Source of the DNA: Paramoeba atlantica
Taxonomy: Eukaryota; Protista; Discosea
Length of the DNA stretch: 64,000 nucleotides
NCBI GenBank assembly: GCA_977017575.1
Contig: CDRNVI010000088.1
Span: forward strand, 1-64,000
Reading direction: 5' to 3'
Below, one piece after another: positions 53,852 through 64,000 of the stretch. The notes below the pieces were generated by a model. The model did no database searches, was not told the origin of the DNA, and saw nothing but the letters and a program-made list of their open reading frames with translations. Numbering within the stretch: the stretch's first letter is position 1; each line of letters begins with the position of its first letter. Position numbers and translations under genes: made by a program.

Positions 53852-55066
53852 CTATTTGGCCAAGAAATTTATCATTTTTAGGCTTACATACGGGTATTCA
53901 GTCTGTAGTGCATCATTGTCACCATGCTTTTCATCAAAATTTACTCCCTGAGCCAAGGATTGCATGTGTTTGCGGAGGTCAGCTTCCCTTTTCGAACTCA
54001 CATGCACGAAAAATATGACAAATTCAGGCGGAAGCCCGTACTTCAAAACGCTTTCTACGTAACAACGAGTAATCTTGAGATGTACGTACGCCACGTAACA
54101 CATGGAGAATGTCGTAGTGAGTATCTGTATTAATCTTGCCTTCTTTTCTTCCATTGCACTGTACGATTCTTCACTTGTAGAACACAAACCTTTTGATTCG
54201 ATGGAGGAATTAACATCTCGCACAACCCACTTGCGACCACGACAGACTGTTTTGAATTCGGTAAGAAACTTGCGGAACAAGATTACCGAAAAGAGAGAGT
54301 ACTCGGAGTCCGATACAACGAGTTCGGAGGATCCTGGCAGAACTGAATCGGCAGGTATTAGTGTATCATACTCTTTTCCCCACGTTAAGGCCTCCGAGTT
54401 AGGTAGAACTACGAAAATGGTTGTGAGGTAGTCCGATTCCACCCTGTCATGCCCCTTTTCATAAAATGACGATATAGTGTTATCCAAAGGACGTACGCTC
54501 AGGTTACCAGAAAGCTGCGCATTCTTGGTGTTCCACGCCTTGAGCTGCTCATCGTACGCAGCCAACTGTTGTCGTACGCGCTCGTAGCCCTGCTGTACCT
54601 CAGAGCGTAGCGTCATCAGAAGAGACCCTATAGACTGTCGCGGACAGAAGCGAGATTCATCCCAGCAAAACTGGGTAATATATTCCTTACAGGTCAGGTC
54701 AGAACGAACGCGCACAAGTTCGTGGCGAGAACTACCGGTGATTTCTTCCGCGTGATGTAACAGAGTACGTAGTGTGGCTTCTATCTCACAGTCGACTACG
54801 CCTAACTCATCACTGGCGTCCAGTAGGGTATCCAGAGTACCCACACGAAGCGTCGGCAGGTTTAGCAGGGCGCATTCGTCCTCCTTCGCAAGGTGCAGTT
54901 GATGGAAAATGTGCTCAAATTGCGTAGAACACGGGTTGGATAAGTTGGTGTCGTATGGAAGACTGATCAGATACTCCCTAAATTCTTTCATGTAACACAG
55001 TACTTGGTACTTTAAGTTAGTAATACACCTAACTAATCTACATAAAATGAGGACTAGAAATAACAT
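53852..55066 (-). CDS. V-type ATPase subunit C
   Basis: LRVGTLDTLLDASDEL, FCWDESRF, GNLSVRPL, SDYLTTIFVVLP, YVESVLKYGLPP. The true start is probably MKEFREY. Confidence 0.92.
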   Translation of the reverse strand: MLFLVLILCRLVRCITNLKYQVLCYMKEFREYLISLPYDTNLSNPCSTQFEHIFHQLHLAKEDECALLNLPTLRVGTLDTLLDASDELGVVDCEIEATLRTLLHHAEEITGSSRHELVRVRSDLTCKEYITQFCWDESRFCPRQSIGSLLMTLRSEVQQGYERVRQQLAAYDEQLKAWNTKNAQLSGNLSVRPLDNTISSFYEKGHDRVESDYLTTIFVVLPNSEALTWGKEYDTLIPADSVLPGSSELVVSDSEYSLFSVILFRKFLTEFKTVCRGRKWVVRDVNSSIESKGLCSTSEESYSAMEEKKARLIQILTTTFSMCYVAYVHLKITRCYVESVLKYGLPPEFVIFFVHVSSKREADLRKHMQSLAQGVNFDEKHGDNDALQTEYPYVSLKMINFLAK

Positions 55067-55328
55067 GGAGTAGTCATGAATAGTGACTTGACTGTCACTT
55101 TACATGCAAGTAATATTTCTCATCGGTTATACTAAGGTCTCATTACTCCACGCTATAGCCTTTTATACTTCTTTGGTCTACATAATTCGCCGTGAGTGCC
55201 ATCTATGAGCACCGTCTTTAAGGTTATAACATAAAAGTCTTGGACTAAATAGAGAATACATATACAATGTGAGCTTCGGAATTTGCTACGCCGGTACCAT
55301 CCATCGTACCGACAATAAAGTTCAGGAC

Positions 55329-57449
55329 TTATCGACGTCCCCACCCTCCTGAAGAAGCTGAAGCGCCGGATTTCCCCCATCCACCGCCCGAAGATGTTCC
55401 GCTCGCGCCCTCAGAAGACTTCCCCCAACCCGCTGATCCACTCGAACTACCGCCTGACGCGGGAGATTTTCCCCATCCCGAGGAGCCTTCGGTGGCACTT
55501 CCTTGCGCTGATTTACCCCATCCGGAGTTTCCACTCGATCCACCTCCTTCACCGGTCTTCCCCCACCCAGCATTTCCGCCTTGAGTGGATTTTCCCCAGC
55601 CCGCAGCGCTTCCATCTCCGTCAGGTTTCCCTCCACCGGCACTGGGACCCCATCCACCGCCACGTCCACCGCCTGAGGACCCCCATCCACCCCCGGGGCC
55701 ACCCTCGGAGGATCCCCAGCCGCCTCTTCCACGGTCCGAGGATCCCCAGCCGCCTCTTCCACGGTCTGAGGAACCCCATCCACCCCCTCTTCCCCCCTCT
55801 TGCGAACCCCATCCACCCCCTCTACCCCCTTCCTGCGAACCCCATCCACCCCCTCTGCCCCCCTCCTGCGAACCCCATCCACCCCCTCTGCCTCCCTCCT
55901 GCGAACCCCATCCACCGCCTCTTCCACGACCACCCGGGGCCCCCCACCCCCCTCCTCTACTTTCCCCCCAGCCTCCCCCTCCTCTACTTTCCCCCCAGCC
56001 TCCCCCTCCCCCTCCTCGAGTGCCCCACCCGCGGCCTCTGCTCTCCCCCCACCCCCCACCCCTCCCTCGTCCCCCCCGCTCCCCGCCCTCCTCCTCTGCC
56101 CCCCCTCGGCGCCGGCCCCCGCGTAGGGTCAGCACCTCCGGGTCGTGGCTGTACTTGCACTTCTCCCCGAACACACACTTCCCGGTCTCCACCATGGACC
56201 GACACGCGGTCTGGGACTTTGTCCGTGCGAGCTCCACGTGAAGGCTCTGCGCCTCCCCCAGCGACATCCCGCAGCACTTGGAGACAATATTCTCCGCGTC
56301 GGACTTGGAGTAGCAATAGGCAAACGCGAAGCCTGTTTTCACTTGGATACGCTCCACTTTGCCGTACTGCTGGAGCACCGCGCGAAGCTCCTCCTCGGTG
56401 TTGTTGAGTAAGCCCCCGATGAAGAGGATGGTGTAATGAATCGGGTGGCCATGGAGTTTTTTTATGTGCGTTTGGACAACGGTGCGGTTCTCGAGTTGCG
56501 CAATGTTGTACACCATGACATCTACTTTGTTTCCAGTTCGAAGATCGGTCATTTTCAATGGGACCCCTTTCATATCAGGTTTTAGTTTGAGAGGGGGAAT
56601 GAATTTGGACATCTGACCCGCTGTTACCCAGTATTTACTATAATTGGGTTGCGTAATAGCCACATCAACCAGGGCTTCTTGACAGTGTTGCGCATATTCT
56701 TTCCCTGTTAGACCACTAAACGCCGTTTTCTTCTTGCGAGTGTGTGCTATTTTTAAACGACGGGCGTCAGTAGTTTGATCGATATGGTAGACAACAGTTT
56801 CGACAGGCGTCAAGCTGTCGTCCTCTTCTTTTTTCATAAATGTCAGTTTTACTGGTTTGCTGTCCTCTTTTAGGGAAATGTCAGATTCATTCTCAATTTG
56901 ATTTTCTGCGAGCCATAGACCGCTCCTATACCGATTTCGGATCTGTTGTACGCGAAGTATCATACAACCAGGAAACGGGTACATCTTATTTGTCTTGGCA
57001 TTGCGGGGTACGAATTTGAATTTTTTATAGAGCGGGGCCAGCTTTCCATGTTTCTCAATAATAGAACTGTCTGTGGTTTGCTCCGCATTGTAGTACTCTT
57101 TAATAGTGGGTTCAACTGGTTCTTCAGAAACTGGTTCTGCTTCTTCGGTACTGTTCTCATCCGAGAATTTGCGCCTCGGTCGCTTTTTTTGTACGAGTTG
57201 AATTGGCGTTTGATTTTCTTTCAAAGCAATATCGTATCCGCCTTGAACAAGAGTTTTTAGCTGATTAGCTGTCAACCAATACGGACTTTCGTACTTTCTT
57301 TGTTCGGCGGCGACTCCGAGCTCCTCCATACACGTTCTATACTTGAAAATATTTCCAGTTATGGGGTTGAGCGCCATATACCATCTCAAAGTTTCCCGAG
57401 GAAAAAAAATACAGCCAAGAGCTGAAGGAGCAACTAGACGACGTAACAT
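55329..57449 (-). CDS. Putative mitochondrial nucleic-acid-binding protein: 3x Tc-38/ArdC-N-like domains, RRM, CCCH finger and a GGWG-repeat tail
   Basis: MLRR presequence. Three repeats of N..TG..Y/F...L......Y.S..W.T..Q...L.....P......YN..Q, then LFIGGL/KTGFAFAY (RRM), C-x8-C-x5-C-x3-H, and about 17 GWG motifs. Confidence 0.72.
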   Translation of the reverse strand: MLRRLVAPSALGCIFFPRETLRWYMALNPITGNIFKYRTCMEELGVAAEQRKYESPYWLTANQLKTLVQGGYDIALKENQTPIQLVQKKRPRRKFSDENSTEEAEPVSEEPVEPTIKEYYNAEQTTDSSIIEKHGKLAPLYKKFKFVPRNAKTNKMYPFPGCMILRVQQIRNRYRSGLWLAENQIENESDISLKEDSKPVKLTFMKKEEDDSLTPVETVVYHIDQTTDARRLKIAHTRKKKTAFSGLTGKEYAQHCQEALVDVAITQPNYSKYWVTAGQMSKFIPPLKLKPDMKGVPLKMTDLRTGNKVDVMVYNIAQLENRTVVQTHIKKLHGHPIHYTILFIGGLLNNTEEELRAVLQQYGKVERIQVKTGFAFAYCYSKSDAENIVSKCCGMSLGEAQSLHVELARTKSQTACRSMVETGKCVFGEKCKYSHDPEVLTLRGGRRRGGAEEEGGERGGRGRGGGWGESRGRGWGTRGGGGGGWGESRGGGGWGESRGGGWGAPGGRGRGGGWGSQEGGRGGGWGSQEGGRGGGWGSQEGGRGGGWGSQEGGRGGGWGSSDRGRGGWGSSDRGRGGWGSSEGGPGGGWGSSGGGRGGGWGPSAGGGKPDGDGSAAGWGKSTQGGNAGWGKTGEGGGSSGNSGWGKSAQGSATEGSSGWGKSPASGGSSSGSAGWGKSSEGASGTSSGGGWGKSGASASSGGWGRR

Positions 57450-57877
57450 TTCGCGAGACGGGATAAAATTGTAACGTTTTTGACTTTATTACTAATACTT
57501 TACTGATATTAAATACAAATAAATGGTACTTTCTGTCCGACAGGCCCGAGAGGTAATATTTTTAGCTCAAGAGATAATATTGTCACCGTTATAACATTGA
57601 CCGTTTTATATTGATACGGTATTAGAACGGTATTGATAACGGTGTTATTACCGTTATATTTATTGATGTATGTTATTACCGCAATAACAATCTTCTAAAA
57701 CGCGGCACTGCCTCTAAATTCCGTATAAAGAGAGATGTATTTCCTTCTCACTTTTAAAATTTCGAAAACACACATAAAGATCCCCATATCCATGAGGATT
57801 TCGAATCTCCACAGGGTGACATCTGTGATAACCTCATGGAGCGTACGTCAGAAATTTCAGAAAGGCTAGAGTAAGTA

Positions 57878-58724
57878 CTCTCCCTCTCATTAATTTTTAT
57901 AAATTATAAATTATAACAAAAAGTGAGTTATAATTATAATTATAAAAATTAATGATCCCGTATAAATGACCGCTATTCCAAAAAAAGGTCGGCGTTAGTA
58001 CGATCTGTAAGATGGTAGTGCCAGGGAAGACCGCGAGTAGGTCCCGACCATGCTTCCCCATGCTTTTTCAGTGAATCGCGTTTTACAAAAATCAGTATCT
58101 TCATCTCAGAAAGAAAATCCCCCCCAAAAAGATTGTCTTTTCCCCTACATGAGCATTTTTTCACGAATCAATCTAATATCTGAAGCTGAGAGGGTTGAAA
58201 CTAGAGATTTACGATCCCGACCGATTCCACCTGTCCTGGTTGAATTTACGTGGAAGAACTCCTGGGATCCGGCAGTGCAGTATGCATTACGACATAGGAT
58301 TGCGACCGAGCAACGAAGACGCTCCTTCGGACAAATTAGGCCCGCAGTCGGCTGGGCGACTTATCCGCTTTTTTCTATTTTTTCGACTTTTTGGCAGGCT
58401 AAGTCAAGGGAGGGGGGGTGACGGTACATCTAAAAACGCATAAAAGAAACATTTCTTTAAGAAAGTAAGTGATATTACATGCCTTCTATGCCTCCAGTAT
58501 AGAAATCAACCATTTACGCTTTACTGTAAGAAATTTCTTCGAAGCGCGTCCATCCACGTTCACAAAATAATCCATCTTAAGTAGAATAACAGAAAATTCT
58601 TTGTTTTAGAAAAAAATTAAGAAATAGCGTTCGATAAATTTCTGATTTATAAAAATTAATGATCCCGCATAAACTAAATTTTTATAACTCGAGATCCATT
58701 TATAAAAATTAATGAGAGAGGGAG
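57878..58724. mobile_element. TA-flanked MITE (847 bp), same TIR family as 47140-48777
   Basis: TA|CTCTCCCTCTCATTAATTTTTATAAAT ... ATTTATAAAAATTAATGAGAGAGGGAG|TA. Confidence 0.82.
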
Positions 58725-59304
58725 TAGTAGCTTAAGTTTAAACCGAAAAAATACGAACCCTATTCTTTTATAACGGAACTGAGGTGACGCAAAATCCTCC
58801 CAAAAAGAGGGTTTGCGTCAACCGCTTCAAATTCAGATAGTAGTAGAACTACTTTTCGCTTATCATTTTTCATGTTTTATCAAATGTCCCTAGCAGATTC
58901 TCATCATTAGGCATGAAATTTGTTTCATCTTTATTATCGATTGTAATATTACATATTCTGTACCGCCCGTAGATATCTTCCACCACTTTTTGTGAAATAA
59001 TGATTAGATTAAAATTTTAATTAGATTATACTATATTAATTAGATTGTACTATATCGCTCCACATACCTCGCTCCACATGTACCTTTAAAAATGTCCTAC
59101 CGTGCAAGTGGACAACCTGCGATACAAGTTTGCGACCCAGAAGAAGTTGACAACCCGTAATAAAAGTTGGGAAAATGTACGTACTACATTTTAAATGTAG
59201 TAAATTAAAGTACACACGTATTACTCTACGTAATAGCTAGTTTTGTTTAATTAGGTAGTTTAATTAGTTCTTTTTAAATTCTTTGTTTTTTTCCATTATG
59301 GTTC

Positions 59305-59432
59305 TCTCTCCACCTTCAGCTCAATCCTCAGCAGAGAGTGGCACCCCCCTATTCAACCCCCTTCATTTCTCTCCCCACCTTCAGCTGAATCTTCAGCAGA
59401 GAATGGCAACCCCACCATTCTACCCCCTTCAT
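59305..59432 (+). repeat. Imperfect ~62-bp tandem duplication
   Basis: CCACCTTCAGCT.AATC.TCAGCAGAGA.TGGCA.CCC...C.ACCCCCTTCATT occurs twice. Confidence 0.7.
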
Positions 59433-59523
59433 TGCTCCCCCCCCTGAAAATCCTCCTAATTCACAAACCAGAAAATTGACTTGCTGGGTACGGATATAGG
59501 AGCCCCATCCCCGTATTGGTCTA

Positions 59524-60547
59524 TTGGCCAACTGTTCTGTCGCGTCAGCTCCAGCAGCACCATCGCTTCCAAGTGCTCCAGAAGTTCATCCTACTTCTCA
59601 GCGTAGTTTGACAATGCAAGAGAAGGTTTCAATTTGTAAATCTTCTTGCTCAAACAAAAAGCTTGCGAAAAAGTATGGGACTGCGTTACCCACCATTACA
59701 AGGATTCGAAAGAATGGTATACAACATTACCAGAAGCATTTGAATCGAGGTGGTGCGTCAAGGAAAAGAGAACGTGGTTTCAACGCAGAGCGCCAGGGCA
59801 CTATGGAGTTAGTTCATAGGGATTTGCTGGCGTTGCAAAACGGTATGTTTCATATTTCAAAAGATCACGTCTTTGATCTAATAAACAAACACTCAGATTT
59901 TCCGTAAGAAGTGACGGAACGGAGACGTGAACGTGTCTACCAACACTTCAGATACATGTATCAGATACATGCATGTGTTTGGATGGACTTGGCAGAGATT
60001 TGGCAGAATGCATTATGTTTGGCCAACACACACTTCTCAGAGCATACATGGATGGTCCCGTCAGCTCTTTGCACAACATAGCATTCGCAAATACTCTTAT
60101 GACTTCTTTGGAGATGAAACCTTTGGAGATGAGTGTGGATGGCGAAATACGTGTATTACGTGGTATTACGTAATCCCACGTGATACGTACAGCGTAATAC
60201 GTGGTATTACGCTTACGCAAATTGAAACGAAAACTCTTAAAATTTCTGAAACTAACGGCAAATCAACCGTAACTGTTTTCTTGGCAGGATTATTTGATGT
60301 TAATTCCAAAAGCGTTGTGCCACTGCCACCCGCGATTGTCTTCGAATGGGAAGTTAAATCGCAGGTTTCATCTCGCATTCTCTCAGAGGCTACTCGCGCT
60401 TCCACTGGATTATCGAACGCAGTGTACGTTTTCGTATCGGACACAGTATGTGTCAAAAAAAGAATATTTTTAGTGCCAACGTTCAACACCCAATTCTCAG
60501 AATACCGTATACCCCCCAGTAATAGAATAGGTTTTGGGCCAAAATAA
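59524..60547 (+). pseudogene. Degenerate pogo/Tigger (CENP-B-like) transposase remnant
   Basis: HTH-psq-like RSLTMQEKVSIC...KKLAKKYGTALPTITRIRKNG; a DET/DECG-like motif follows downstream. Stops and frameshifts are present. Confidence 0.55.
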
Positions 60548-61037
60548 CCAAATCTCTGTTACTGGGGGGTATGCTTTTTTGGTGGTAAAAGACCTTTTTT
60601 CTTCATGTGTGCGTTGATTTTCTGCCCAGACAAGCCCGCAACTACGCCATTCGCTTTCACTGTATTTTACATGAAAAAACTTTCATGCGGTTTTGAAAAC
60701 CAGTACTTAAAAAAATCCCATTTTTTGGGGGACATTTCCATGTCACTTGACCTAAATTCTTTTTTAAAAATTTTTGAACCAATAATCTGAAACATTGAAA
60801 TATTCGAAAGACTTCAGTAGTCTATCTGACAAACTCTACATGTATGTTGTCAGTACCAGTTGCCTGATGAGAAGTATAAGATAAACATTTTCCTAAAATG
60901 ATTTTAGTACCGAAAAGAGAAAACAAAGCATGTTTGGACGTGCGTTACACTACTCCAGCCCAGTGCCAAAACAATAATGCTTTAGAGGCATTTCTTTTAA
61001 TCTAAAAGGACTATCTCGTCGTGTTCCTCTCGCGTAA

Positions 61038-62156
61038 TTATCGCAAGCGATAATCTTGTAAAACCTTGTACGAGTCACGTCTACCGCGAAACTCGAAGGA
61101 GAGTTGAATATCAAGATCGCGATGATTCATCGCATTTGGGCGACAAGACAGTGTTCCACGCAATACTTCTCCTTTACAGACACGGAGTGGCTCTTGCAGG
61201 TAGAACACGGTCTGCTTCCAGTGAGTAGAAGTGCCATAGGGTGAGGTGCTTAGCAACACACTGTCGTGGAGAGAGAACAGAGTGTCAAAATGGGCCTGGA
61301 TCGCATGCATTATATCATCACGGGTAAAAGTGAGTTGAAAAGGAGCCTCGAACGAGAGATCAGCAATCTCCACAGTGTTTAAGTCAAAAGTGATGAGCTT
61401 GGATACGTTGGAAATAATCTGCTCCTTATTTACGACATCCACAAGAGGCTCGAGTATGGCTTGGCGGCGGACACATTGATAGTTAAAACCGTAGATATCC
61501 TCCCAGTAGGTTGTCTTGCGTTCCCAGTAGTGCTGATCCTCGATCCCGGCAAGGTACAACGTGGCTCGATCGGGTAGGATACGAACCTTCTCGGCACCGA
61601 AACGATTTCGAGCGGTGAGCACGGAATTCATCATGGATTCGTAGAGCAGAAAGTAGCCCATCCATTCACTGACGATCAGGTCTACCTTTTCCGGGAGTGT
61701 TATCTCCTCCAGTTTGCCCTGAACTACCGTGATGATGTTCTCCAGCTGGTTCTCTTTTACGACTGCCCTGGCTTGCTCCGCTATACTGCTGCACTCGACA
61801 GCATATACTTTCCGAGCCCCACATCGAGCGGCAAAGAGACTTAGAATTCCCGTACCACAACCGACATCCAGCACAACTTTGTTCTCCACCAAGTGCGGGT
61901 TGCGGTAAAAAGCCTCCTGGTAGGACCGCGTGCGAACGGTGTCCTTTAGCATGCTTTCATGAATTCCGTAATATGCGTAGCTGTCAAAGTAGTAGTCCTG
62001 TGCATCCGACACAGGGATTTCTGTACTGGTGGCCATGGGTGGTAATGTATGAGTGCTGCGAGATGAAGTTTGACTGCGGAAGCGGTTGAGTGAGAAAAAA
62101 GGGGTGGGATGATGACGACGCGATAAATTGGAGAAGAGTAATCTGTGAAAGGACAT
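61038..62156 (-). CDS. PRMT1: Protein arginine N-methyltransferase 1-like
   Basis: DYYFDSYAYYGIHESMLKDTVRT, VLDVGCGTGILS, IVSEWMGYFLLYESM, THWKQTVF. Confidence 0.95.
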   Translation of the reverse strand: MSFHRLLFSNLSRRHHPTPFFSLNRFRSQTSSRSTHTLPPMATSTEIPVSDAQDYYFDSYAYYGIHESMLKDTVRTRSYQEAFYRNPHLVENKVVLDVGCGTGILSLFAARCGARKVYAVECSSIAEQARAVVKENQLENIITVVQGKLEEITLPEKVDLIVSEWMGYFLLYESMMNSVLTARNRFGAEKVRILPDRATLYLAGIEDQHYWERKTTYWEDIYGFNYQCVRRQAILEPLVDVVNKEQIISNVSKLITFDLNTVEIADLSFEAPFQLTFTRDDIMHAIQAHFDTLFSLHDSVLLSTSPYGTSTHWKQTVFYLQEPLRVCKGEVLRGTLSCRPNAMNHRDLDIQLSFEFRGRRDSYKVLQDYRLR

Positions 62157-62443
62157 CTATAAGCTATGTGCAAGTTATAATCATTTATTTTTAAGAGATT
62201 GTGTACACAAGTGCCACGGAAAAAACAAAAATGGAGGACACTGTGTATTATCTGTAAGATTGTTTTGCTGCATTTTAGTTTAGAGCAGTAGAAATGGGTA
62301 ATAAATGATGCATACTCTCAACGTATTTGAGCTTTTCTACTTCTCAACGTATTTTTTCGCTCCGCATTACTGCCGTTGTATGACCCAACACGTCACTTCA
62401 TCTGCTACAAGAAGTCCAACTCTCTCTCTCTCTCTCTCTCTCT

Positions 62444-63346
62444 CTACGCAAGCTGCGATTCCGCTAGTTGATCCTCCTCTGTCTCAAATTCCATTTCCTG
62501 TCTTACGACGACCCTTTCGCGCTTAGTAGGAGTTGGTCGATCAGAGGGAGATGAACGTTTCTTTCCAGTACTCTTAGTGGCCTTTCTATTCTTTGGGTTC
62601 TCAATAAGATCCTCAATGTCCCCTCCCGTGGTACGCTGCAACGCGTCAAGTTCCATTTCATCCTCTTCGCACCAATCTTGGTCAACGACATACCTACCCT
62701 CAGCATCTTCCCTGTCCTCGAGGGCCTCCATTGCCTTCTGGTGCTCCGCCTCTTCCTCCTCCTGGATTAGATTCTCAAAAGCTTCAGTGTCGCAGTTCAC
62801 AATGGTATCGTAGTGCCCCTCCTGTAACCGTTTCAACAGCTCGGTACGAATCGCTTGATCCGACTTGAGCGCGCGACCCGCCTTGCGCTCTCGAGCCTGG
62901 AGACGTCGTTCTTCCTTTTTATGCACCCTCACCCACTCCGTGCCCTCCTCCATGGCCTCCGCCTTACGCTGACGAATGAGCATTTGGGTGAGTCGCAGCG
63001 CTCGTTGTTTACACTTGAGCCGCAGGGATTTGTCCCACCAGATTAAATGGGAGTCGATTTGTCGCAGCGCCTCGCGAAAGTCAGAGGGGAGTTCAATCTT
63101 TTCCCACAGGTAGAGTGGGGTGTGCGCCCTCTCGGCAGTCTTCATATAGAGATATAACTTTTTATCAAATTCCAGCACCGTGGCGTACTGGGCGTTTGCC
63201 AGGGGGCAGAACAACCGGGAGCAGGTCCCGGTGACATTGTAGGGGTTGCGACAGAGTGTGGTGCCCGTGTTGGTTTTGACTTTGTAGGAACAGAAGGAGT
63301 CTTTTCCGAGTCCAATGATGGACCAAATGGAGTCATCACATATCAT
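62444..63346 (-). CDS. MAK16: Ribosome biogenesis protein MAK16
   Basis: DDSIWSII...FCSYKVKT....CRNPYNVTG.CSR..CPLAN.QYATV, LYLYMKTAERAH.P..LWEKI. Confidence 0.95.
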   Translation of the reverse strand: MICDDSIWSIIGLGKDSFCSYKVKTNTGTTLCRNPYNVTGTCSRLFCPLANAQYATVLEFDKKLYLYMKTAERAHTPLYLWEKIELPSDFREALRQIDSHLIWWDKSLRLKCKQRALRLTQMLIRQRKAEAMEEGTEWVRVHKKEERRLQARERKAGRALKSDQAIRTELLKRLQEGHYDTIVNCDTEAFENLIQEEEEAEHQKAMEALEDREDAEGRYVVDQDWCEEDEMELDALQRTTGGDIEDLIENPKNRKATKSTGKKRSSPSDRPTPTKRERVVVRQEMEFETEEDQLAESQLA

Positions 63347-64000
63347 CGTAGGTGGAAAGGTACGAATAATAAGGATTAAGCTAGAGGGTTTCTGTTAGAT
63401 AGCAAATAGTAAACGTCGAGATATACTGCGGTGATAGTAAATAACCAAAGTTCTTTTTGTGAATTTTAAAAGAAATACAAAGACGTGAATATGTTTTGTT
63501 ACCAGATCCTGAATTTGATGGCGAAAAGAGAACCGCAGACAGGCAACCATTCCAATACCGTTTAGCAAAAAGGCCGATTCGCCAACATTCGAATGCGAAA
63601 CGTCGTTTATCCGCTCCTCATGGCATCACCGAAGAGGTAAAGGAATGCGGGTCCGAAGAATTCCTCTAGATCGCAGCGCATTCCACACAAGTGGAGCAAC
63701 AATACAAAGAGATGTGATGACGAGTCCCAGAAAATAGCTGAAGTAGGAATTAATTTCGGCGTGTACTGCAGACATGTTTAAAAAAGAATACAGTATAAAG
63801 GTACGTAGTCAATAAGTTGTGTAGTCAAATATCTCAGGTCCAGTGCATGTACGATTCATAAGGCGTACAATAAAAGGAAAGCGACAATACTATTCATCCG
63901 CGCTCATTTGCACACATTTAAAAAACTTCCAAAAGTAAGACCATATCCATCATATTTAGTATAGAAGTTGCGAGTGTTGAACTCATTTTATCCGTGAGTG

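Noticed and set aside
62036-62156. Mitochondrial presequence on PRMT1 through alternative trans-splicing
   Set aside because: The 40-codon extension coincides with a pyrimidine tract and AG acceptor before MATST, so it is more simply an open 5' flank. SL-junction data would be needed.

Overview
Eukaryotic, kinetoplastid-type DNA. The evidence is a trypanosome-like NDK, Tc-38/BHD domains, a Pol beta, intron-less co-oriented genes and kinetoplastid spliced-leader (SL) sequence. A Perkinsela-like prokinetoplastid is an inference only. Bases 1-24.3 kb are entirely mobile or repetitive. (i) A higher-order tandem array of alternating 1.41 and 1.98 kb units (1-10639) is built from tRNA-like/SINE modules plus a 568-bp SL-headed structured insert. 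(ii) A frameshifted APE-RT-RNase H non-LTR retrotransposon (11056-15730, minus strand) is bounded by a 14-bp target-site duplication (TSD); it carries the SL exon inside its 5' end and a stem-loop plus (ATAGG)n tail at its 3' end. (iii) A decayed Helitron2/Helentron-like element (ZnF-Rep-Pif1-Ulp1) is interrupted by a tRNA-like, poly(A)-tailed SINE with a TSD. From 24.4 kb to 63.3 kb lies a minus-strand polycistronic-type cluster of housekeeping genes (RNase Z, NDK, CARNMT1, ECI, TFIIS-like, uL13m, MCM7, AP-4 epsilon, Pol beta, V-ATPase C, PRMT1, MAK16 and others). It is interspersed with TA-flanked MITEs and Tc1, Merlin and pogo-like transposase remnants. The most notable signal is a candidate retroposition system that copies trans-spliced, SL-capped RNAs back into the genome. 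All calls are by eye and from motif recall; no searches were run.
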